NCBI GenBank assembly: GCA_044892525.1
Contig: CM097885.1
Location: forward strand, 32,366,001-32,430,000
Length of the DNA: 64,000 nt
Source of the DNA: Schmidtea polychroa
Taxonomy: Eukaryota
Reading direction: 5' to 3'
A program made the translations under genes and the position numbers. This document shows, piece by piece, positions 50,026-61,399 of this stretch. The notes under the pieces are model-generated. The model did not search any database, had not been told where the DNA came from, and worked only from the letters and a program-made list of their open reading frames with translations. Every line of letters starts with the position of its first letter. The stretch's first letter is position 1.

Positions 50026-50956
50026 TATACGTTTGTCTTTATGAATTATTATTAAACTAAATCTATTTGATTAATTAAATTAACTTTTACTTCTTGTTAA
50101 TTAAATATTTAAAATGATAAGATAATAAAATATTTCTTTTAAATATTAATTAAATATTATATTTTTGTTTAATTTCATTCATTCCATTAGTTTATTAATA
50201 AAATAACTTATTTAATAGATGGTTTATATAAAAATATATTTAAATCCACAGTAAGCATAAATAATTATTTTTCAAATTTTCAATTAAATTTTACAACATC
50301 TAAATTGTATTCAATTTATTTATGATTGATTAGCAATTTTCGTTACAACAAAAAAGTCCAATAAAAACATCATTAAAAAGTGAATATGAAATATAAAATT
50401 AAAAACAAAAAACACAAAACCATTGATTAAATTTATGAAAATAATGGATTTTTAAAATGAGACGACCTAGTGATCCGAAACGAAGCGTAAACTATTGTAT
50501 GAATTATATTTCCAAATGCAAATCATAAAAGATAATTAATATTGATGGAAATTTATTTTTATTTTCCCATTTTATCAGTTATTATAATCTTGTTTATGAA
50601 TGTATAAATATATCTACAATTAAATTTGTGAAACCTGATGACAGTTCATTTAATTTTTCTAAATAGTTCTAGAATTCATCTTTTCAAATATTAATAATCA
50701 AACGTTTATATATAATATAATATTATTAATATTTATATATAGAAATTGTCATTGATTAGTGTCAACTTGAAATTCAATAGATATTTCTTTTAATTTGATT
50801 TTTTTTATTTTGTATTTTAATTAATATTAAATATTTAATATAAATTGCCATGTAAGACTGAAATGACAAGTCTTTTTGGAAAAAGGTTTATTTAAAAAAG
50901 TGACTTCTTTTAACTTTATATAAAGACATCCATTTTCTAATTTGACTATTTTTAAA

Positions 50957-51021
<65 letters not shown>

Positions 51022-51073
51022 CTATGTATAATTTAAACATTACAAACTTTGTGATACCCAGTGCAAATCCTAA

Positions 51074-51113
51074 TATTAGATTAGTTTCGAGCTTTTGGCT
51101 CTCATCAGTACTA
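51074..51113 (-). ncRNA. Degenerate minimal type I hammerhead ribozyme motif (Penelope-associated type)
   Basis: Minus strand TAGTA-CTGATGA-GAGC-CAAAA-GCTC-GAAA-CTAA-TC-TAATA: intact core and stem II; one mismatch each in stems I and III. Confidence 0.55.
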
Positions 51114-52913
51114 TGCAGGAGACCCGAAGATTTCTCCTCGCGTCAAGTAAGTATACAATATTACTGATTCAACTATATTGCATACTTTCCCTGGTACACT
51201 GGAAATCACATCACTTCCAAATTAGCTAAATCACAGAAAAAATATCTGCAAACTTGTAAACATAGCGTATGAAAAATCATATTCGCTTCTGGAGACACTG
51301 TCATACACAGAAACTGTTTACAAGTGCATATGTAAACCTTAAGCATTTTTAACTTGTAATGAAGTAAAATATTTTTTACGGGTGTCTATAGTATATATAG
51401 TACTATGTATAGTATATATAGTATTTTCATTAGCAGAATTTAATATTTCAAATAATTAATTACATATTAATTAATATCCAAATTATATTTATTTTTTTAA
51501 ATATAATCCTTACATACCTATTTATTGAAGTTTCATTATATATTTGTCATTTAATTAATATTTTTCCCGCGAAATTAATAATAACTAAAAATATAAAAAT
51601 TAAATAATTAAAATCTAAATCAAATATTTAAATTAGAAATTATCAACACTAATTGATGAAAACTTCATAAACAAATATATTCAAATAGTCATTTTAACTT
51701 TTTTTAATTAAGTGAAACTATTTTTATAATATTTCTAAATAATAAGTTATTTAATTTTGAATTTTGATTTATTAGTATATTTAATAAAATAAAAAAAATG
51801 TGAAAAATTTATATTATCAAAATAAAAATTATTTTGTATTTAAATATTGTATCGTATATTGTTTTACTGAAACCCTTACGGAAACCAAAGTCCCTTTTTG
51901 ATCAACAAAGAATTGTTAGTATTGAAAAACTTCTTATATTTTTTTTCTTTTTTGATTTCTTATAGAATTAATACATTTTGCCGAAAGAATTTTCTGAAAT
52001 TTGATACACGAAAAATCTGAAAAACATTATGAAAAGTGCATATTATTCGGGAGTCTTTCAAAAGTCGGAATACATTAGGAATATTCAAAACTAGATTAAT
52101 TGAATTATAAAAATAATTCCATAACATAATTTTTTCATGCTAATAAAAGATCTTTAGTGATATTTTCTCAGTGGTTTGACTTCGATGGAGTGACGAGACT
52201 TCATTCTTAAATCTTAATTATTTATTTCATAAGTATTCAAAGATGTTTGTACTTTTGTTTCGTTAAAGACTACAGTGTAAGAATCCAGACGTATTAAATT
52301 TAATAGAAATTAAATTTCTTTGAAATTTATGAGAAAATATTTGAAAAATAAATTATTTTTTTCTTTAAATATTTGTTTTCTTAAAAATATTAATTTGAGA
52401 AAGAATTCAAAAAATATTTTACAAAAGTTGTTGTTTATGATGTGTAATTTTATTTCTTTAAAATTTTTAAATTAACCATTTATTAATCAATCAAATAAAT
52501 ATATATTTCGGCTAACTATTTTGATAAAAAAACAATGTGGGAACGGAATGAATTTTTGGGATATTCATAAAGTCAATTAAAATTTTAAAAACTCCCAGAT
52601 TTAGGATAATGGAATGCATTTCTGATATTGAAATTGAAAAATAATTCCAATAAATAAATAGCCAAATTTTCTTTCTTAATTGAAATGATTTTAATTTAAA
52701 ACAGATTAAGCAATTTGTTTAATGTCAAATGAGTGCTTGTATCAATTTAAAAAAGACCTTGCTATTTATGTAAAACAAATATTTCCTAGAAACTGCAATA
52801 TTTTTCTAAGTACATAATAAATACCTCATTTTCAAGGCTGTAAAATAATCACTATTTTAATTTATTTTTAGAATATTTTTTAAATAAAATTTTAAATAAT
52901 ATTACATAAATAA

Positions 52914-52955
<42 letters not shown>

Positions 52956-55078
52956 TACAACATTTCTAAAATAATATGAAATTCTAATGAACTTAATTTG
53001 TAACTGAAAAATAAATCTTACGATGATATTCCGTCATTTTCATGACAATTTAGCGTAGTTCTTTAAAACTACATTTAAAAACATTTTCAGCGATCTTTTC
53101 TCTTCTCAAAATTGCGTAAAATAAAGTTATTATAGAAACGTATCTCAGCGGTGCATTTCTATAAATCGAAAGTTTGCATATATTTTTTGGTATGTGTTGT
53201 GTTTGTGTGCAGTATTTAATTTTTCTACCACTTTAGATTTCGATAGTATAAGGTGTATTTCATTGCACTATCAATGAGAACTTGAGTGTGAAATCAAAGT
53301 AAGTATGTATGTTTCTATAAGGTAAGATTATTGATTTTTTGCTTATATTATAGGAAACGTATCTGAGTGATATCTGGTGTATCACATTTGAATTAGTTAT
53401 GCATTAAACGTTTAGAGAGGAATGACTCATTTACGAATCCATCATTATGCTTTTTCAAAGTTGTTGCTTATTGCATCTCATTCATCAGACAGTCTCACAA
53501 TAAGAAATATTTGTTTACACACTTTCTTAGCCAAAGTTGAAATATGTTTCACGCTATAATTTAATAGCAGTGTGCTAACATTGTTTGACATTTTTCATAC
53601 TCGGTGTACAATGGCATAAAAATCTCTACAAGAGTAGAAAAATACAAGAAAAAAGCCGGTTGCAACTCAAAATACAAGTTGTTGGTTCTTATTTCTTTAT
53701 TGGACAGGAAACCAAAGGAAGAAAAGAAAATAACTGTCATTTGTCAATAAGTTAGAAAATTGTGGAATGTGAAGTTGAATTTTCCACACATTCAAGCAAA
53801 GCTTGGTAAGCTTATTAAAATTTACGATGATTGTGTCTTGAGGCAGAACTATGAATAACTCAATGCACTATTTGATATTACGAAAGTTAATGGCTACTGG
53901 CTATCCAGTGATGACAAGAAGTTATGCTACTTACATCTAGAAAGCAATGGGAGGATTGGATATTCAACCGGTCTTACTGAAAGTGAATTATGAGAAATTG
54001 AAGGGATTGTTTGTTTACGGGACAAGAAATCATGGACGAAGGTGGAAGAAGAGATGATATGAAGTTTTTTACTCGAGCATTTGAATTCTATGATATAAAG
54101 AAATACTTTCACATTTCAGAAACTTCTCAACATCAATAACATAAGATGGAACTCAAGAACTATTCTTGCACTTCTGGCTTTTTTCTCTATCCTTTTGAGA
54201 TAAAATCTTTAGCAAAGGTTTGTAAATTTATTTTGTTCACTTGGGCAGACTACTGGTATGCTGATCAGACATATGATCAACATGCTAACAGGAATCTGTG
54301 AAAAGTAATTAAGATTCATAAGAAAGCATTATAATCACTGGAAAAAAGTACCATTAGCCTTGAATACAGCACGAAGCAATCAGTGCGCAGAACTCGCAAT
54401 CAAAGTGATGCAAGTTCTATATGATGTATGTATGAAGAAAGACAAATTATCTCTTCAATTTATATTGACTAATAAGCATGTTTCTCAATTTGTCTGATGT
54501 ATAGTGCATTCTGGTCATGGATTATAAATAATATTATAGCATTTATTTCATCACAAATATTGAAGTCGTATTTTAGTTTTAAGGGGGGCCTTTTTCCCAT
54601 TTCACCACTGATTTCTTTTTTATTGTATTTATTAAAAAGCTTGAAAATTGTATTCAAATTTATAAATATAAAATTAGAAATAATAGCAATTATAAAACTT
54701 TGATTAATGTTTCAAATTAGAAACTAAACTTTATTTGTCAAGATCTATTAAATATTTAGTAATAGTAGTACATGTATAATTATTTATCCTCTAAAAAATG
54801 AATGGCATAGCTTTCGGACTCTGAGAAATATACAAGTTAAAATATGGCTAATCATCCGAATTAATTTAAGCCAGATTCTGAAGTACCATATGTCAAGCAT
54901 CAATTAGGAATGAAACTGTATGATGCCTCAAATGCAAATCTTATTCTAATTTGAAGATGCAAAGATACAAGGAAGAGCTCTTATATTCTATGGAGAGTGG
55001 TATAGAAAAGTCATGTGCAATGAAGAATAAATTTGTATGTGAGCATTTTTAAACTTTTGTGATTGGTTGCACGAGTAA

Positions 55079-55149
<71 letters not shown>

Positions 55150-55297
55150 CATTATCATTTTTGCTAATTTATTATTAGTATTATTATTATGTAATAATTG
55201 GCCTTTACCTATGATATAACATTTGATCATATCATATGGTGTAAAGCTTATGTCGTCCTATACATTATTATGTCATGGGGCAAGAAAATTGTTTAGG

Positions 55298-55443
<146 letters not shown>

Positions 55444-55814
55444 AATAATTCACACAGTTTAACGCCAAGACACATCTCAGGACAAGAACAAATTTATTTT
55501 GAAGTAAATTTTGCTAATAGTAACATGTATAAGTAATAAAATGCCCCATAGTATTTTTATATTGCTATAATATTAATAATAATAATAATAATAATATTAT
55601 TATAAGAACTTTCGATTTTCACCCCTGATTTATTTTCAATTTGTATTGTATTTTTTAACTATATTTTTATAACTAACTTAGTAAAACAACTTTAAAAAAA
55701 ATATTTTGTTAAATTTGATAAAATATGCATCATATGAAAAAGAAAACCGATTTTAAAAATGGTATGGTATCAAGTTTAATTAACATATTGAACACTATAT
55801 GAGCCATATATGAC

Positions 55815-58800
55815 CAGTAGCGTATCTAGGGCCGGGCAAGCGGGGCATTTGCCTCGGGCGCCACGATTTTAGGGGCGCCAAATTGATTTTTGAAACCTAA
55901 ACTTTATTTAAAGATTTTCGATTTTGAAATTTGACCAACATTAAAATAACGAATTTTGATTATTTGAAATATATAAACAAAGTTCACCATAAAATTTAAA
56001 TTTAATTTTAGTACTATTTAAATTAAATTTAAATTTTATGGTGAACTTTGTTTATATATTTCAAAGCCTTTCCAAAATACATGAAATTTGAGTTATATCC
56101 AGAACTCAATCGTAAGATTTATAGAATTATTTGTTAAGCTCAAAATTATTTGAAAAAACTTTCAAACTTTAGAATATCAAAGATGCCGAAACCGAAATTA
56201 AGTGGCGCACAAAATCGTAAAAAGGCCAGAATATTCCGAAATGAAGCTAAAAAGTCAAGTCAAATGTTGCAAAATTATTTAAAAAAGGAAAAAGTTGAAG
56301 AAAATGACCAGATAGAGGATATTAAAGAAGACAAACATATGCCGCAGTCAGATTATGAATTTTTTGATTTTGATGCCTCACAAAACAATGAAGAGTCGGA
56401 TTTTGATTATGAAATGACTGAATCCAACAATAAATCATGTCTTTCAACAATTTCAGAAAATATTCCGAATCTGCTTTTGTTCAATGATTTTGGATATTTG
56501 GAATTTCAAGAAGGTTTTCATTCATTCAGTCCAATAGTTTCACAAAAACTAAGAACTGAAGTCATTTTACGTGGCCCGAGTTTATTTCAAAATAATAAAG
56601 GAAGCTTTGCAGTGCATAATGGACGTTCAATTACATCATCATGGTTTAAGAAGAAGTTGGCAAACGGTATATATGTTAATCGATCTTGGTTAATTTATTC
56701 GCCTCATAAAGAAACACTTTTCTGCTTTTGTTGTTTGTTATTTTATAATGATTTTTGTAAAACTGCATTTTCTTCACCGGCTGGTTTTAGAGATTTTAAG
56801 CATTCAGAAAGAGTAAATGATCATGAAAATAATATTATACACCGTCAGAATTTTACAACATGGAAAGAAACTGAACGAAGATTGCCTCAAGGTGCTGGAA
56901 TCGATATGGAAGTTCAAGCTCAAATATTGTTGGAAAAAGATCGATGGAGAGAAATTTTAAAAAGATTTCTTTCATGCATAAAATTCTTAGCATTTCATAA
57001 TTTAGCATTACGTGGTTATAATGAAAATTTGTTGAATACAGAAGGCAATCCAGGTAATTTTCTGGGTCTCTTACAATTGATTGCGCAATATGATCCACTT
57101 TTGGCAAGTCACATGGAACATTCTCGTTTACATCCAGGAACAACATCTTATTTATCACCAGGCATACAAAATGAGTTTATTCACCTTTTAGCTTCAACAG
57201 TTCAAAATGTTTTGATTGAAAATATTAAAAAAAGCAAATACTTTGGCATGATATTTGATTCTACTCCAGATTTACAACATCGTGAACAATTTTCAGAAGT
57301 TATTCGTCACGTTGAAATAGATTTTGATAAAAAAACAGTGGAAATTAAGGAATCATTTCTGGGATTTATTGAGCTAGCTGAAAAAGATGCCGAAGCTCTT
57401 AAAAATACTATACTCAAATTATTACAAACTGATGGATTACAACTCTCGGACTGTCGATCGCAATGTTATGATAATGCGGCAGTTATGGCTGGTCATGTTT
57501 CTGGATTGCAACAAAGAATTACCAAATTGAACCCTCGCGCAGTGTTTATTAACTGCGATAATCATAGTTTAAATCTTGCAGGATTACATTCTGTTCAAAC
57601 TAATCCCATAATGCTAACTTTTTTTGGTGTAATTGAACAAATTTATTTATTTTTTTCAAGATCAACCAATCGTTGGCAAAATTTAACCGATGTCATTCCT
57701 TTGACTGTAAACCGTGAATCAACAACACGATGGAGTGCACGAGCAGAAGCTGTAAAAGCAATTTTTATTGGAATCGATAATCTTGTGAAATTAATTGAAG
57801 ATCTTTCTGATGATTTCAATCAAACATCTGACACAAGAAGCGAATCATACAATTTATTGCAAAATATATTGAATTTTAATTTTCTGGTTTTGATAAATTG
57901 TTGGCATCACGTTCTCGAGAAAATTGATCGTGTACAAAAACGAATGCAAGATCCAAAAATTAATTTTAAAGATGCCTCCGATGATTTACAAGGATTAAGC
58001 ATACATATGCAGCAATTTCTTGAAGATCTATGCATTCAATCAATTGAAGCAGGTAAAAAAAAGTGTTTTGAATAAAGAAAAGAGTGCGACGTATAAAAAT
58101 TAGATTAGGTGAAAAAATGACTGATTCTGGTTTGACTGCTGAACAAGAGTTAGATCGTGTGTTGAAATGCTCAGTTGATAGATTAATTCAAGAATTAAAA
58201 ACTCGATTTACTCGCCTTAATTCATTGAACGAAAATTTTGGATATTTCCTTGACACTGAAAATTTTCTAAATTGCCATGATCCTGCTAAATTAAAAGAAA
58301 AATGTTCAAATTTGGGAAAATTTTACAATTCAGATATTGATGAAAACGAACTATGCAATGAAGTTGCTGACTGTAAAATGCTTCTTAATGCTCGAAAAGA
58401 TGAAATTCCAAAATCACCTATAGATCTTTTAAAATTTTTAATATCTTATGGTGAAGATGTTTTCCCAAATTTAAGAATTTCATTGCAAATTCTTTTGACA
58501 ATTGGTATTTCTGTTTCAACATGCGAGCGTTCCTTTAGCAAATTAAAATTAATTTTGTCATATCTTCGAGCAACAATGAGTGAAGAACGTTTAAATAATT
58601 TGGCATTATTAAGTATTGAGACAAACACTGTGAACAAAATTAACTTTGATGATGTCATTGACAAGTTCGCAAGTGTTAAAGCACGAAAAATTTGTTTGTA
58701 AATTATTACAATAAATAAAGTTTAAAATTAACTTGTTGCAAAATTAAATTAATTTTTTTTAAAACTGCTGCAAATCAATTTTAAAGAGTGAAAATTTTTG

Positions 58801-58955
58801 ATTTTTTTTAAATAATAATTTTTTTTTCTTAAAAAAGAAATGTCACTTTAGTGCAAAAATAATATACCAATAATAAGGACAAGAAAAAATTCACGTGGAG
58901 AGGGGCGCAATTTTAAGTTTTGCCCCGGGCGCCGTGAACCCTAGATACGCCACTG
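55815..58955 (+). mobile_element. hAT DNA transposon (ZMYM1/Tip100-like)
   Basis: 17-bp TIR CAGTAGCGTATCTAGGG / CCCTAGATACGCCACTG; perfect 8-bp TSD TATATGAC. Confidence 0.95.
56183..58701 (+). pseudogene. hAT transposase (TTF-type zinc finger, DUF4371-like core, hAT dimerisation domain), broken at ~58075
   Basis: RSWLIYS...LFCFCCLLF, FDSTPD, YDNAAVMAG, CDNHSLNL, TRWS, CERSFSKLKLI and ERLNNLALLSIE motifs. Confidence 0.92.
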
Positions 58956-60875
58956 TATATGACTCACACCCTTCACACCGATATTTTTAAAAAAATTGTT
59001 TTATATGGTTATTAGAACCCCAATAATTACATTGAAATCATGGTGCCAAGAATGATTTTATTTTCAACAACATTTTATTAAACAAAAAAATAAAAAAGCA
59101 ACAAATATAATTGAAAAATTAACCATAATTCTTATGAAGTCTATTAAAGCATTTGATACATTAAAATTCAAAACCCAAAAAAACAAAAATGAAGTGTTAT
59201 AAGTGTGTGACAATGTGAGTCATATGTAACTCACGTTTTATAAAGTTAAACATTGCTTCTGTCCCACAAAGAAAAAATGAAAAAAATCAACGTATTAAAA
59301 GTTATGTTAAAATTTCAAATATGCAATATTAATCTTATGTAAATTAAATACAATGATATTAGGCATTAATAATTTAATAAAATGTGTTATTCATATCCAT
59401 ATATTCATTATTTCACAAATTAGTTTTATTTTAAAATCTTCGCTTAATTTTCAAACCTTTTTTATTATAATGTAAGTTGCAAAAATTCTTTCAATGACAT
59501 AATTCAAATGAAAAATAATTAAAATATGTAAAGAATTTTATACTGATTATCATACTGAAACTCATTAATTAAATATTTATTACAATAACATTATTTCCCA
59601 TGAGAAATATTGAATTATATTTATTTTGGATTTTTTAAAATAAACTTTGAATAAATAAATATTTTGGTTTTCTAAAATGAGATAAAAATTTTGCTTTTTC
59701 CGATTTATTTTTGATAAATTCTATTTCTTCGTTTAAAAAAATTAACCAAATTAATTTATACAGTTAAATCTTCAGAAAAAATTTGTTAGAAAATTTAGGA
59801 AATTTTAATTTCAATTTATGAAATATTTTTGAAATATAAACTTAATTTTTAGTTTTATATTGAAAATTATGAAGAATTATTTTTACAGTTGTAGATGTTT
59901 CTTTCCTATATCAGATGAAATGTTTTAAAAGCATTTCTATCAGTTGTAATAATATTTTGAAATTAATATATTATTTTAATAATTAGTGTATTTATTTAAA
60001 TACATAAATTTATATCATTATTAATCTTGAGTATTCAAACTAATTTAAGAGACTATAATTTCAATTTTATCAAAGAGAACTGTGATTCAAACTGCATTCA
60101 ATCAAATATTTTTAAATTATAAATTGTTTGTAAAATTTGTTATTAAATCTTTTATCATTGAATTTTTATAAAATTTCAAATTGTATTTTTAAATTTTCAA
60201 TAATTTTAGATTTTAATATTTTAAATACAGCATCTTCTGTCCTCCCATCTTTTTTTTATTATTATCTTTTATCTTATCAATATTTCTATTTATTTTTTAA
60301 AACTTTGATTTACAGTTTCGATGTTGAATTAACTTAAAGTTTTACCCTAAATTCCTTCATTTAAATATTCAATTAAAATACACATAATAATAGTGTAGGA
60401 ATGGTCTTTTGGTGTCCCCAAGATCCCAAAAATATAATAAGCACACAATGCATGACATTATATTAATTATGATAGGTATATTTTTATTAGTCTAAGTGCT
60501 AGAACTTCTTTGTCTCTTAGGAGTTTATCCTCTTTGGTGAGTAGATGGATTGGGCACCGCGAAAACAGGTCACCGCGAGTACAAAGACATTTTTTACCCC
60601 CACCCCCCCGGCCGGGAAAATTTTTTCAAGGTCAACTTGAGAACAAAGACATATGACTCATCAAGGTCATTGAAACAAAGACCATGACTCATCAAGGTCA
60701 TTCTCAAGGTCACATGACTCATTTAAGGTCAACTTGAGAACAAAGACATATGACTCATCAATGATATATAATTATTATTATTTTTAAAAATATTATTATT
60801 TCTAATGTCTTTGTGCTCGCGGTGACCTACTATTTGGTCTGCCAAAAGTTATCGTTCCCATCATATTATTATTAA

Positions 60876-60939
<64 letters not shown>

Positions 60940-61085
60940 ATTATTATTATTAGTATTAATCTATATACTCCGAGTTTATCCGACAAAATATTTTGTCCCC
61001 CTATGGGTAATGCTCAAAAGGGTACTGCTCACGCTCAACAACTCACAAGGGTATTATTAAACAAATCAACAAAACATACATTTAT

Positions 61086-61337
61086 TTAAACAATAAAATA
61101 ATGTAAAATTAACAAAGGTAAACTAAATATTGATGTACTAGTATTCGCGACAATATTGTTTGAAATTGGTAACGTTGAATTGATTTTCAGATATTCTATT
61201 GATCCTTTGATTGTTTGAAGTTCTCTTAATAATAAATCGATCTTTTTTAACAAATAATCATGCTTCTTATCAATAATTTTCATATTCTTTTTATTTTCAA
61301 CAATAGAGTTATTGAAAACTTCAATATGATCAATCAA
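61086..61337 (-). CDS. Small hypothetical coiled-coil-like protein fragment (Maverick)
   Basis: 83-aa ORF with heptad-like LLKKIDLLLRELQTIKGSIEYLK between the TIR and pPolB. Confidence 0.3.
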   Translation of the reverse strand: MIDHIEVFNNSIVENKKNMKIIDKKHDYLLKKIDLLLRELQTIKGSIEYLKINSTLPISNNIVANTSTSIFSLPLLILHYFIV

Positions 61338-61399
61338 TTTAATTTTTATATTTTGTATATATGCAAATGATAGTTCATAACTAGTAGGTAGTTAGTAGC

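Noticed and set aside
53380..54460. Decayed coding-like region (KLNFPH, LFDITKVNGYWLSSDDKKL), probably a DNA-transposon relic
   Set aside because: Family and boundaries cannot be supported without a search
60620..60760. Short repeated units that could be mistaken for a CRISPR array
   Set aside because: No unique spacers of regular length, no cas genes, eukaryotic context; they are Maverick TIR sub-repeats
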